Counted from the first letter of the stretch, positions 1 through 10,914 are shown. The stretch is 64,000 nucleotides of DNA from Gammaproteobacteria bacterium (GCA_965238175.1 CBDEGZ010000003.1:1728001-1792000); one strand, 5' to 3'. Numbers and translations: made by a program. The notes: generated by a model from the sequence alone, not told the origin.

Positions 1-573
1 TTTAAATTTGTTAAACAGGCTGGAGAGCATTTAGATCCAAAAACACGTTCTCTAATCTCGGTGATAACAAAAGTTGCAGGTCAAACGGAAAAAGGTTTCC
101 GGCAATATTTGACTCGAGCACTACGGGATGGTGCAACAGCAGATGAGATTTTAGATGCCTTATTAATGGCTTTTCCCATATTAGGATTAAGTAAAACCAT
201 TTGGGCGATAGAGCAGCTTCAGGAAATGGATCTTCCAGAGTTTGATATTGAGGCGTTAGGCAACAAAGTGACGCCTAAGTGGCATGATGTTATTAAAATG
301 ATTGAGATCCCAGAAGGTACAACACATCATTCTTGTGGTGATCGTGATTTATTTATTTATAAGGACAATGAGAAAATTAATGTCTATGATAGTCGCTGTC
401 CTCATCAGGTTACAAACATTCCAGCAGAAGGAATCGATGGCAGAAAACTTGCTTGTCCTAAGCATGGGTGGTGTTTTGACTTAAGCAATGGCGAATGCAT
501 AGAAAAGGGAAACCTTCCACTTAATAGTTTTGAGTGGCAGCAAGAAGATGAAATGTTACAAGTATGGTGGTAG
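1..573 (+). CDS. Carboxymuconolactone-decarboxylase-like domain fused to a Rieske [2Fe-2S] ferredoxin (5' partial)
   Basis: The frame is open from base 1 (FKFVKQAGEHLDPKTRSLISV..RALRDGATADEILDAL, CMD/AhpD-like). The C-terminus has the Rieske motifs CPH and CPKHGWCFD..GEC. Confidence 0.75.
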   Translation, partial: FKFVKQAGEHLDPKTRSLISVITKVAGQTEKGFRQYLTRALRDGATADEILDALLMAFPILGLSKTIWAIEQLQEMDLPEFDIEALGNKVTPKWHDVIKMIEIPEGTTHHSCGDRDLFIYKDNEKINVYDSRCPHQVTNIPAEGIDGRKLACPKHGWCFDLSNGECIEKGNLPLNSFEWQQEDEMLQVWW

Positions 574-785
574 CTCATTAATCAGACGTCTCTAAATATT
601 TGATGTACTGACAAGTATTCAAATAGGTTTTCATAAAAGGTCAGGTTTACCTTATAGGCAAACGATCCGGGTGCTATAAAGGTAAATGCTTTGATTTATA
701 ATATGTTAATGCAAGATACTGCGATGGAGCAACTTAACGGGAATTCAACCATGTCACAGAATAATCAACGGCAATAAGAGGGTAC

Positions 786-812
786 TAAAGTTTTTGATTG
801 ACGAGTCGATGA
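786..812 (+). promoter_or_regulatory. Sigma28 (FliA) promoter
   Basis: TAAAGTTT-N11-GTCGATGA upstream of flaG; consensus is TAAAGTTT-N11-GCCGATAA. Confidence 0.7.
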
Positions 813-813
813 C

Positions 814-1239
814 TTGATCACTGCTAGTATTAAAATGGATTTAATACGAGTAAGAGAGGAGTATACTTTAGACATGGATGTCAAAAATAAATCAGAAATA
901 GATGGTAACAATGCACATTTAAATGTAGTTTCATTTGATATTGATAGTATTACCGATAGTGAGCCACAGAAAGTTAAACTTAACAATGTAGTAAATAATT
1001 CTTCCGGAAATAATATTCCAGTTGATCTTGATCAGTTAATTATTGATAAAAATGGGTATGTACAGACAGTGAAAAGAGAATTACGCATCAGTGTTGATCA
1101 TAATAATGGTGATACGATCGTTTCAGTTATAGATGATCAAAACCCTCGTGTTGTCAGGCAAATACCACAGAACGAGATTTTTGCTGTAGAGCGTCTCATA
1201 ACTGCACCTGCAGGAATGTTATTTCGTGCGGAGACTTGA
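814..1239 (+). CDS. flaG: Flagellar protein FlaG family (true start probably ATG 874)
   Basis: RELRISVD..TIVSVID..VVRQIP.E..GMLF motif, a sigma28 promoter, and a GAGGAG RBS before 874. Confidence 0.75.
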   Translation: MITASIKMDLIRVREEYTLDMDVKNKSEIDGNNAHLNVVSFDIDSITDSEPQKVKLNNVVNNSSGNNIPVDLDQLIIDKNGYVQTVKRELRISVDHNNGDTIVSVIDDQNPRVVRQIPQNEIFAVERLITAPAGMLFRAET

Positions 1240-1504
1240 GTTATAAAAATTTTGACTTAGGCAGAGCTTATTATAGTCGAGAATATGAATCGAAAGGTAC
1301 AACACGATATTATCAAGAAGACTAAAGGTATTAAATTACGCTAAAGAAAGTAGCAATATTGCAAAAACCTGACGTTATTTTGAAATTTGTTGAGAAACGT
1401 TTTATACATAGAAACAAGCATATAAAACGCACGAAGGAAAAGCATTAATTAACAATAAGCCCTGATCTTGAAATCATAAACTTTGATTGCCTAAAGCAAT
1501 CGCA

Positions 1505-1590
1505 ATGTCAATACTTTCAGTTGAGCAGAAATTGGAATATGCCAAATTGATGATGAACGAAGGGTATAACAACCCAATTACTAAGGCTGA
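1505..1590 (+). pseudogene. IS3-family orfA N-terminal fragment
   Basis: Translates as SVEQKLEYAKLMMNEGY, resembling the start of IS3 OrfA HTH proteins. There is no intact ORF. Confidence 0.35.
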
Positions 1591-1724
1591 TGCCTCTCGA
1601 TGATTTCAACACATAACAAGTAACTATGGTGTCAAATCCAAGTTAATTGGCAAAATCAGGGTTCCAAAACGCGCGCTGCTTAGAACACCTCCCTCAGGGT
1701 CAGATACTGTCTTAAAGATCAAGT

Positions 1725-2723
<999 letters not shown>

Positions 2724-2754
2724 TTATACTTGAGCTGGATAAATAACGTCATCG

Positions 2755-2814
2755 CATTCTTGTACTATTCGTGCTATCGCAGTGAAGCCGATGCACAAGA
2801 TACTGTTCGCATTT
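2755..2814 (-). ncRNA. Bridge-RNA donor-binding loop (partial bridge RNA)
   Basis: The minus strand reads GAACAGTATCTTGTGC...GCACGAATAGTACAAG. AGATACTGT at 2798-2806 is identical to the element end at 1702-1710. The layout matches the IS621 donor loop. Confidence 0.6.
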
Positions 2815-2961
2815 AAAGAAGTTATTAAAGAAGTTATTAAAGAAGTTATTAAAGAAGTTATTAAAGAAGTTATTAAAGAAGTTATTAAAGAAGTTATTAA
2901 AGAAGTTATTAAAGAAGTTATTAAAGAAGTTATTAAAGAAGTTATTAAAGAAGTTATTAAA
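2815..2961. repeat. Perfect 12-bp tandem repeat (AAAGAAGTTATT) x12
   Basis: Seen directly; there are no spacers. Confidence 0.98.
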
Positions 2962-4187
2962 TGTAGAAATTCAGATTTGATCTGACAGTTACCCAATTAT
3001 CAGTAACCGACTGTCAGGTTAAGTTTAATTCACAAACTTTTCCTTCCAGATAGCTTGTCCGTCGATGAGTGTTTCCATCGGCGTCCTCCCGCAGCACATT
3101 TTGCCTTGGTGAGTTCGTTGAGTATTGTATTTGAGCAACCATTCGTCAAGGTCGAGTTGCAGTTCATCAATCGATTGGTAAATTTTCTTACGCAAAGCGA
3201 CTTGATAAAACTCATTGAGGATCGTCTTATGGAATCGCTCACAAATACCATTCGTCTGAGGTGATTTGACCTTGGTTTTGGTGTGTTCGATATTGTTCAA
3301 CGCCATATAAAGCTGATAATCATGCTGGTCAGCTCGCCCACAATACTCCGTCCCTCTATCTGTCAAAATGCGCAACATAGGCAAACGTTGTTCTTCGTAG
3401 AATGGGAGGACGCGGTCATTGAGCATGTCAGCTGCCGTAATCGGTGTTTTAGTCGGGTACAGTTTCGCGTGAGCGACCTTGCTGTAAGTATCAACAAACG
3501 TTTGTTGATAAACCCGACCAATGCCTTTGAAAGTACCGACATAGTAAGTATCTTGCGAGCCAAGATAACCAGGGTGTGCCGTCTCTATCTCGCCACAAGC
3601 CTCATCGTCGTCTTTTTTGCGTTCCATCGCCGCGACTTGAGACTCAGTGAGGATCAAGCCTTCACCAGCTACCTTATCAGACAATGCCTTCAGGCGATCT
3701 TTAAAGCAAGCAAGACCATGACGAAGCCAGATACAACGAACGCCACTGGGTGAGACAAATGTTCCCCGTTTGCGCAGCTCGTTACTGGTGCGCGTTTGAC
3801 CATGTGCGGGCTCTTCCAGTGCATACTCGAGCACAACGGTTTCAATAGCCGGGTCGATTCTGTTTTTAAGATTTGGGGTACGCCGATTACGATCAAACAA
3901 GGCTTCTACACCGCCTTCATCAGCCGCTTCTTTGTAGCGATAAAATGTATCTCTGGACAAACCCATCATCTTGCAGGCTTTTGAGACATTGCCGAGTTCT
4001 TCAGCGAGATTGAGTAGACCAACTTTATGTTTTATAACTTTGTCATTAGTATGAATCATGAGAGTTACCTCTTTGTGTTTTGATGTTTACGTTGCAGTTA
4101 CATCAAAGCGGGTAACTCTCACTAAATCAAGCGTCGCTACGCTCCGCTTGATTTAGTGATGTGTCAGATTGGGTCTAAACTTCTACA
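2962..4187 (-). mobile_element. IS481 family insertion sequence
   Basis: TGT...ACA termini with imperfect 26-bp IRs (TGTAGAAATTCAGATTTGATCTGACA / TGTAGAAGTTTAGACCCAATCTGACA). No target duplication is visible. Confidence 0.9.
3025..4059 (-). CDS. IS481 family DDE transposase
   Basis: LLNLAEELGNVSKACK HTH, LGSQDT, LTDRGTEY, PQTNGICERFH. Confidence 0.95.
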   Translation of the reverse strand: MIHTNDKVIKHKVGLLNLAEELGNVSKACKMMGLSRDTFYRYKEAADEGGVEALFDRNRRTPNLKNRIDPAIETVVLEYALEEPAHGQTRTSNELRKRGTFVSPSGVRCIWLRHGLACFKDRLKALSDKVAGEGLILTESQVAAMERKKDDDEACGEIETAHPGYLGSQDTYYVGTFKGIGRVYQQTFVDTYSKVAHAKLYPTKTPITAADMLNDRVLPFYEEQRLPMLRILTDRGTEYCGRADQHDYQLYMALNNIEHTKTKVKSPQTNGICERFHKTILNEFYQVALRKKIYQSIDELQLDLDEWLLKYNTQRTHQGKMCCGRTPMETLIDGQAIWKEKFVN

Positions 4188-7100
4188 GATAAGGAGGGAT
4201 TTCAAGCGCCTCTTTTGCTTCAAGCATTTTGATAATTTCATGACGTCCTAATTTTCTTGCAATGCCAAGTGCTGTAAATGTAATTCCATCAGATTCAAAA
4301 ATATCGTTCATACTAACTTTTTTGTCTAATAAGCCCCTAACAACATTTTTCAAATTAAAGGTAACTGCGAACATTAAAATAGTTTGTCCGACTGTATTTT
4401 TACAATTGATGCCAACATTTTTTTCCACCAGCTTTAGTGCCACCGTTTCTTGATCATAACGGCAGGCATACATCAGTGTTGTTAAACCTTCCTTATCCTG
4501 AGCATTAAGGTTGGCTTCTTTTTCCACCAGCTTCAGCGCCACCGCTTTTTGATCACTAACGCAGGCCAACATCAATGATGTCCAGCCTTCCTTACTCTGC
4601 GCATTAAGGTTGGCTTCTTTTTCCACCAGCGTTAATGCCACCGTTTCTTGATCATAACCGCAGGCAAACATCAGTGCTGTCCAGCCATCCTTTTTCTGCG
4701 CATTAAGTTTGGCTTCTTTTTCCACCAGCCTCAGTGCTACCGTTTTTTGATCATAACGGCAGGCCAACATCAGTGCCGTCCAGCCATCCTTATCCTGTGC
4801 ACCAAGGTTGGCTTCTTTTTCCACCAGCTTCAGCGCTACCGTTTTTTGATCATAACGGCAGGCCAACATCAGTGCCGTCCAGCCATCCTTCTCCTGCGCA
4901 TCAAGGTTGGCTTCTTTTTCCACTAGCCTCAGTGCTACCGTTTCTTGAGCATGACGGCAGGCAAACATCAGTGCTGTCAAACCATCCTTATTCTGCGCAT
5001 CAAGTTTGGTTTCTTTTTCCACTAGTCTCAGTGCTACCGTTTCTTGATCATGACGGCAGGCAAACATCAGTGCTGTCCATTTATTATTATTTGAGACAGC
5101 ATGAAGATCAGCACCCAGATCTATTAAATAATTGGCTATTGTTGAATTCTTGGCCACTAGAGATAGCATTAGTGCTGTATAATCTCGGCCTTGAGCACTG
5201 TCCCACAGTTCCAACAGAGTAATTAATGATCTCAGAACGGCTTCCTTTTCTTTCCCCCGCAAACCAAAATACTGTATTGATAACCAAATATCTCGCGCTT
5301 CGATTTGCCCTTCTGGTGGGTGATATAAATCTTCTCCATCGAGCCTGTTCAAAAATTTATCTGCAAGCTCATTTTGTTCTTTGTTTTTTACTATCAGATA
5401 TAACTCAAAACAGGTAGTGGATGTGGCCCATTTGTATGCGCTACTTGTAGCAAACTTCTTCGGAGATAGAAACTGATTGAGTAGAGACCAATATTCCTTG
5501 ATGTCAGCATCTTCTTGATCATCATTGGAGAGATTACGGGCCAGACGGGTTGTGAAAGCGATAAACTGACTGTAACGCTTGTCTGTAAAATCGCTGGAGT
5601 TTGCTGCTATGAGCGCAGGCAACCTATCTTCAAAATCAGGAAGACCATTCTCAATTTCTTTCAGAAGTAATAAGAAGTGTGTTTCACCGAGAATGTCCGG
5701 TTCAAAGGCCTTAAGACTGTTTTTGTCATGGCCAGACACCACCGCATTACACAGGGACTTAAAATCTTTATACCCCTCTCTATCAATAACGCGTCTCTGT
5801 TTTTTGGGTACGGCCTCCCTGAGTGTTTTAAAATCAATGCCGCGCCGTGCAGTTGCGGCTGCGATGAAGCAGGCTGCCCACACGCCCCTGTCAGATCCTT
5901 TCATCAGCCATGTTAGCCGGGTCTTGCCTTGTAGATAGTGTTCTATCAAGGCGCGGCGGTTGAGCGTTAAATAAGCTTCTGAGTTTTCACCCTCTTTCCT
6001 ATCATGCCTTATTGCATCTCCAACCAACGCTGCAAAAAGGGGTTGCAGTGCACCTTTCGTTTCTTTGAGATAGTTAAGACCATTCTGTATAACTGGCTCG
6101 TCTATTTTTCCAAATGGATCATCGTCTTCCCTATAGGCGACAGCGCATATAATTTTTGCTAGAAATGTTGCGTCAGCTTCCTCTACCTGAAGTTTCAGGG
6201 GCGTATTTTTGAAGAAAATTCGCTCCTCCATGGAGGCAAAATCTTCAGCCTTTTTGCCTTCAAATCCCCAACGTGGATCTTTGAGAAGGTCGGCCATGCT
6301 ATCGGGTGTTGCATGGTCAAGCAGAAGCAGTCGAACCGGATAGTCAAAATTCGTATTCTCCGCTCTGGCAATAATGTCAGAAATGACCTTGTCATAGCCG
6401 TAGATATAATCAATCGAAATCAGTGTTGGACATTCCGGTGACCAGTTGGCCCAATTAATCGTTGTGTTTGAATTAATATCAATGGCGACCCAGTCATGAT
6501 AGATAGCACGGTTTGCCCAATGGGTTAGCAGGCGTGTTTTCCCTGCACCAGAAGGCCCAACCATGGCCCAGAGCTTAAAATCACCAGGATTATCCACATC
6601 ATAGTCGGCGAACGCATCTAGCTCTGTGATTTCGTCATCACGACCAACAAAGGGGATAAATGTTTCATTGCGAGGGCTGAGCCAATTGTCTTCTGAAGTG
6701 ACTGTTGTATATCGTTCGGTTTTAGTAGATAGTTTTTTAGGTTGAGGCTTCGTTGAACCGATATGAAATTGATTGTCGAGTGCCGGAGTTGCAACACCAT
6801 TTTCGAGAGGCTTTTCTACTATTTCTTCAGTGACATTCTGATCTTTCTTTACGTATTTTTTTAAATTCTTAATATACTTCTCAAGCGTTTCCCTTTCCTC
6901 AAACATACGTAGCGGTAAATGACGCTCGTAGCAAAACTCTAGAAATTGCAGCAAATAATGAGTAACGGAAATATTTTCTTGTACAGCTGCTAGAGCTTGA
7001 AAAATAAGTTTTGGAGAGTTGACTGATACAGATGTTGCCAGAGCAAAATCCTGTATGTACCTATATTTTTTAGGCTTGCGCCCTGGCTTCCCTAGTAGTT

Positions 7101-7410
7101 CAGATAATTTGGTTTCTAAATTACTTCTTGTTGGCATACCTGCGTTGCTATCCAATTCAGTACCGGGAGGCGCAATAAACGTAGCAAAATCTCGCAAATG
7201 AAACCCTTCGAACACTTTTACGATTTTGGTTTCTGATTTTTCAGGCATTTCGATGGTTACTTCTAGCTTCGCTAGAGTTAACCCCGCTGCCTCGACTGAC
7301 AATTCTTTGCAGTACTTCTCAATTATTAATTTTCGACCGCGATTATTCATCGCTTCAAATATTTCTTCCAGTAGTATTTCTGGAGCAGGTTTTAGGTGTG
7401 TTTCTAACAT
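4183..7410 (-). CDS. P-loop NTPase (STAND-like) with C-terminal ankyrin repeats
   Basis: FVGRDDE, Walker A GPSGAGKT, Walker B LISIDY, and about 9 ankyrin repeats (WTALMxAC...AQxKDG). The stop codon lies inside the IS481 end. Confidence 0.85.
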   Translation of the reverse strand: MLETHLKPAPEILLEEIFEAMNNRGRKLIIEKYCKELSVEAAGLTLAKLEVTIEMPEKSETKIVKVFEGFHLRDFATFIAPPGTELDSNAGMPTRSNLETKLSELLGKPGRKPKKYRYIQDFALATSVSVNSPKLIFQALAAVQENISVTHYLLQFLEFCYERHLPLRMFEERETLEKYIKNLKKYVKKDQNVTEEIVEKPLENGVATPALDNQFHIGSTKPQPKKLSTKTERYTTVTSEDNWLSPRNETFIPFVGRDDEITELDAFADYDVDNPGDFKLWAMVGPSGAGKTRLLTHWANRAIYHDWVAIDINSNTTINWANWSPECPTLISIDYIYGYDKVISDIIARAENTNFDYPVRLLLLDHATPDSMADLLKDPRWGFEGKKAEDFASMEERIFFKNTPLKLQVEEADATFLAKIICAVAYREDDDPFGKIDEPVIQNGLNYLKETKGALQPLFAALVGDAIRHDRKEGENSEAYLTLNRRALIEHYLQGKTRLTWLMKGSDRGVWAACFIAAATARRGIDFKTLREAVPKKQRRVIDREGYKDFKSLCNAVVSGHDKNSLKAFEPDILGETHFLLLLKEIENGLPDFEDRLPALIAANSSDFTDKRYSQFIAFTTRLARNLSNDDQEDADIKEYWSLLNQFLSPKKFATSSAYKWATSTTCFELYLIVKNKEQNELADKFLNRLDGEDLYHPPEGQIEARDIWLSIQYFGLRGKEKEAVLRSLITLLELWDSAQGRDYTALMLSLVAKNSTIANYLIDLGADLHAVSNNNKWTALMFACRHDQETVALRLVEKETKLDAQNKDGLTALMFACRHAQETVALRLVEKEANLDAQEKDGWTALMLACRYDQKTVALKLVEKEANLGAQDKDGWTALMLACRYDQKTVALRLVEKEAKLNAQKKDGWTALMFACGYDQETVALTLVEKEANLNAQSKEGWTSLMLACVSDQKAVALKLVEKEANLNAQDKEGLTTLMYACRYDQETVALKLVEKNVGINCKNTVGQTILMFAVTFNLKNVVRGLLDKKVSMNDIFESDGITFTALGIARKLGRHEIIKMLEAKEALEIPPYL
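4390..5080 (-). repeat. Seven near-identical 99-bp ankyrin-coding units
   Basis: 33-aa units TALMxACxxDQxTVALxLVEKEAxLxAQxKxG, with visibly repeated DNA. Confidence 0.9.
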
Positions 7411-7566
7411 GCCTTATGAATATGAGAAATCTTTTACGTATGTAATTCTGGTGATAATAGCATGTCAAAGACACGATGCATTAGATAAGGAAGAATAGCA
7501 TTCTATGAAATCGCTATTGTCTCTGATAATTTTTAATTTCGGATAGTTGGGTAGACGTAGCTTTTA

Positions 7567-7824
7567 TCAGTAAGGTCCATTTAAGCGTTTGAACCTAGCC
7601 TCCAGTACCGCTTCTTGTTCTTGATATTTAGCAAGTAATTCCTCGGCAAATTCTTCACTATAATAATCAGCGACTGTGGACATTACCATATCATTGAAAA
7701 TCCCAGTCTTGGTTTTATCATCCATCACACTCATTAGTCGCTTGAACATTTCGGCATACGAATTTGGTACATCAGGAATTGTGATGTTTTTAGTAGTCTT
7801 GTAGGACTTTTCTTTTTTCGTCAT
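7567..7824 (-). CDS. Hypothetical protein
   Basis: 85-aa ORF divergent from the element A operon. Confidence 0.5.
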   Translation of the reverse strand: MTKKEKSYKTTKNITIPDVPNSYAEMFKRLMSVMDDKTKTGIFNDMVMSTVADYYSEEFAEELLAKYQEQEAVLEARFKRLNGPY

Positions 7825-7930
7825 CCGTGACGCTCACTTTCATAAATCTTTATCTGACACTATTGCTGCTAAATATCCTTAGCAGTGTTGATATTTTTAT
7901 GTCAACAAAAAAATGGTTGTGTTTTCCGCT

Positions 7931-8070
7931 ATCCGAAAAAAATAGCCAATCCGAAAAAAATAGCCAATCCGAAAAATAAAAAGCCAATCCGAAAAATAAA
8001 AAGTCGATCCGAAAAATAAAAAGTCGATCCGAAACCTTTCCGAAAGCTAAGTAATGTCTTTCCGAAAAAC
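7931..8070. repeat. Intergenic array of 18/20-bp units with a TCCGAAA core (8 cores)
   Basis: ATCCGAAAAAAATAGCCA x2, ATCCGAAAAATAAAAAGCCA, ATCCGAAAAATAAAAAGTCG x2, then three partial copies. Confidence 0.85.
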
Positions 8071-8290
8071 AGATAGGCATTGTTTAGTACATCGAAGTCA
8101 CACATGAATGTACTGAAAACAAAATGAAAAAATTTCTCATCATAATCAGCCTTTTGATCTCCCTTATCGGGATCGTCATCTCTTTTTTTCTGGGTGATCT
8201 TTTATTTTCGATCTCTTTCATCTGGGCTTTGAATAATAGCGTCATCAATTTCTTAGAACAACTGAATAAATAAAACTGAGGACAACGAAG

Positions 8291-8494
8291 ATGAATAAAC
8301 ATGATTTAAACCGTCAGCATTCCTTAAATGAAATAGTGGATGCAATTGAGTGTCACGATGTGAATTACACCGTGGAGCAGATTGACGATTATTTTCTTTG
8401 CTCTGCGGATTTTTGGGAGAGCTTAACCCCGGTAGCTAAGGCCGAGCTGATAGAGCGCTACCCCCACCTTCGTCATGATTTCCCCGAAGAATAA
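8291..8494 (+). CDS. Hypothetical protein
   Basis: 67-aa ORF with a GAGGA RBS. Confidence 0.5.
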   Translation: MNKHDLNRQHSLNEIVDAIECHDVNYTVEQIDDYFLCSADFWESLTPVAKAELIERYPHLRHDFPEE

Positions 8495-8576
8495 TACGCC
8501 TGTTTTTTTAACTATCTATGGTGGTTTCAACAATGACTAAAGAGATAAAACAGTTACACAATAAAAGGAGTTCACA

Positions 8577-9776
8577 ATGAACAAAAGTACAAATCCGGGT
8601 TCATCACAGAACGAGCATTTTAAACTGCGACGGGACAAGAAAAAGAGCATGGGATTTGCGTATATTTTACTCACCATTTTAGGTGTGTTCTCTCCGCTTA
8701 TGTTGGGTATTTCGCTCAGTATTCTTAGCCCCGAAACCGGCCCGCTTGCCAACTTTAAAATCCTGCTTGTTACTTGCAGTGCGGGCCTTGTGACCTACGG
8801 CGTGAATCGTTTAGGCATTGAGCGTGGTGCGCCAGCGGCGGCAATTGGTTATCACTGGACAGGGATTATCAGTGTCATTGCCATCTTACTTGCGGGTAGT
8901 GGTATGTTCATCGGTGCCCATTCCGGCTTAATCTATAAATCCGTCGAAGAGCGCGTCTTGATAGACAATGGTGCCGCCCTCAATGCCTATATCCGCCAGA
9001 TTGATCAATCCACATTGATTATAAAACGGGCTGATCCGGCACTACGGCTAGTGGCCGATGATCTGGCAAGCTACACCCTGTGTGAACAAAGACGTTCTTG
9101 TCTTAGCCAGAATGGTCAAGGCGGTTTTGGCCCGGTGGCGCTTGAGACCAAAAAACGCTCCACCCGCGCAGACGGGATTGCCAATGCCTTTGAGAAAGGC
9201 GATGTTGAGTATAAGCGCCTCTTAAAAGACATTAATCGTCTCAATCGTCGCTATCAGGAAAAGCTGACGGAAACCGATAAAAGTCTGGCAGAAAGACGCG
9301 CGACGCTACAAGGTATCCATAACGAAATCACCCAAGCAACTATGGCCTTGTCGGAAGCGGTGCCGGTGTCTTTATTTCGCACCTACACGCAAGAGTTATT
9401 GGCCGGCGTCAACATTCCCCGTCAGCGAATTGGTACGGATAACCTTAATGCCATCCTGCGTCAACACGGCGAGACGCTTTCCAACATCTTAGATGAGATT
9501 GAGGAGAATACAGCCGTGGCACCGGCTTTCCCAACCCCACCAGGCATGTTGGATACCCTCTACTATATTACCGACTTCTTCGCCTTTGCAGCGGTGATAT
9601 TTATCGCAGAATTAATACTGCCCATCACCCTCTGGGCGCTGAGCTATCAAAGCAAAGAATGGGATGTTCAACAGCGCTTAGATGCACGGCGCCGGGAAGA
9701 AGAAGTGCGTCATTCCAACAAACGTGGCAGACGTTCCCGTCAACGCGCGCTTCCGCAGTCAAAGGGGCAAGCATAA
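8577..9776 (+). CDS. Membrane protein (3 N-terminal TM, coiled coil, C-terminal TM)
   Basis: Hydrophobic segments and an AAGGAG RBS; near the start of a translationally coupled operon. Confidence 0.75.
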   Translation: MNKSTNPGSSQNEHFKLRRDKKKSMGFAYILLTILGVFSPLMLGISLSILSPETGPLANFKILLVTCSAGLVTYGVNRLGIERGAPAAAIGYHWTGIISVIAILLAGSGMFIGAHSGLIYKSVEERVLIDNGAALNAYIRQIDQSTLIIKRADPALRLVADDLASYTLCEQRRSCLSQNGQGGFGPVALETKKRSTRADGIANAFEKGDVEYKRLLKDINRLNRRYQEKLTETDKSLAERRATLQGIHNEITQATMALSEAVPVSLFRTYTQELLAGVNIPRQRIGTDNLNAILRQHGETLSNILDEIEENTAVAPAFPTPPGMLDTLYYITDFFAFAAVIFIAELILPITLWALSYQSKEWDVQQRLDARRREEEVRHSNKRGRRSRQRALPQSKGQA

Positions 9777-10381
9777 TGGCACCGCAACGACCCTCGCCAC
9801 AAGCGCCACCATCCCGTCAATGGTGGCCCGCCATCTTACGCGGGACAGCACTGACGCTGGGCACAGGCTTGGTCATCGTCTTCCTCGCCAGCCTCGTGTT
9901 CTGGGATGCGAACTTCTATGTTGCCCGAGACCGATGGGAGCACTTCAAGCTAGCCTTGTTGGGTGAATGGCACAACACTGGTTGGTGTCCTTCTGGTCAA
10001 AACATACCAGGCTGCATGCCCAAAGCAGATTTGGAAGCGGCGTTTTCCAAGGTCGACAACCTGCACTTTTTTAAATTGATGCCGGTTGAGGGCACGAGCT
10101 TAACCGTCACCACCGGAGCCAACTTTGCCTCCGCGCAAGATGTGCTGGCAGGCAAAGCCGCCTCGCAATGGTGCTATATCGCCTACGGTGACAGTGCGGT
10201 TAAAACCCATCTCGATTTGGCTGAGCAATCGGGTACTGCCCCACCGCGCTACGCCACTTTATCGGACGTGAAACAAAAGGCATTGAGCAATACCGGCCTT
10301 GATGTCGCCGCGCTGCGTGTCATCGCCAAAACCCACTGCCAGTTTGGCGTCTTCAATCAACCCACAAGTAAAGGAGCATAA
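9776..10381 (+). CDS. Hypothetical membrane-anchored protein
   Basis: The ATG overlaps the previous stop (TAATG). One TM segment and paired Cys. Confidence 0.7.
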   Translation: MAPQRPSPQAPPSRQWWPAILRGTALTLGTGLVIVFLASLVFWDANFYVARDRWEHFKLALLGEWHNTGWCPSGQNIPGCMPKADLEAAFSKVDNLHFFKLMPVEGTSLTVTTGANFASAQDVLAGKAASQWCYIAYGDSAVKTHLDLAEQSGTAPPRYATLSDVKQKALSNTGLDVAALRVIAKTHCQFGVFNQPTSKGA

Positions 10382-10383
10382 CC

Positions 10384-10914
10384 ATGTCATTTGAGACTTC
10401 AGCCTTACCCATTAGCGGCGGCGTCCTTGTTGCCGGATTTATTTATGCCGGTGCCAGTTTATTTATTTTAGGCCCACTGGTTGCGGAGCGCACTATCGAG
10501 GCGTCCGATTGGAGCCAGCAATGTCAGGCAGGTTTACAAGCCGAGATAGAGGCAACACGCACCCCTGAAAAAATCATTCCACAGATGGATTGTCGTTCAA
10601 CCCTTGGCTCGTTTTTGCCCGAGTTGGCAAAAATCTGTGACCAATACGGTAATCCAGATTTTGGTGGTCCTGCAAGCAGCCTGTTACGGCAGCAAGAGAA
10701 AGTGAGACGAGCTGCTGAAGAAAAGCGCCTTGCACTTACCGCCTCGCAAAGTACGTCCCGTTGTGACTGTGCTGCGAATGTTGTTGCACAGGATAGAAAC
10801 TGGGCAATCCATGCAGGGAGTTTGCGACTTATCTCGCCACCGCAAGTGACCCGCCTTTCCTCTGAACTATCCCGTGCGTTGCAGTCATCCCATTGTACAA
10901 GCAGGAGTCAATAA
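10384..10914 (+). CDS. Hypothetical membrane-anchored Cys-containing protein
   Basis: AAGGAG RBS, N-terminal TM, six Cys. Confidence 0.7.
   Translation: MSFETSALPISGGVLVAGFIYAGASLFILGPLVAERTIEASDWSQQCQAGLQAEIEATRTPEKIIPQMDCRSTLGSFLPELAKICDQYGNPDFGGPASSLLRQQEKVRRAAEEKRLALTASQSTSRCDCAANVVAQDRNWAIHAGSLRLISPPQVTRLSSELSRALQSSHCTSRSQ

Noticed and set aside
2724-2996. ORFs encoding (KEVI)n and (ITSL)n; possible CRISPR-like array
   Set aside because: These are by-products of a stop-free 12-bp tandem repeat. There are no spacers and no cas genes.
4038-4158. Hairpins upstream of the IS481 transposase as a novel RNA
   Set aside because: They lie inside the IS left end and are adequately explained as start-codon-sequestering structures.
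4262-7498. Multiple plus-strand ORFs with repeated peptides
   Set aside because: They are antisense shadows of the NTPase-ankyrin gene.
7850-8080. 76-aa ORF with FFSDWL repeats
   Set aside because: It is a translation of the TCCGAAA array and has no convincing RBS.
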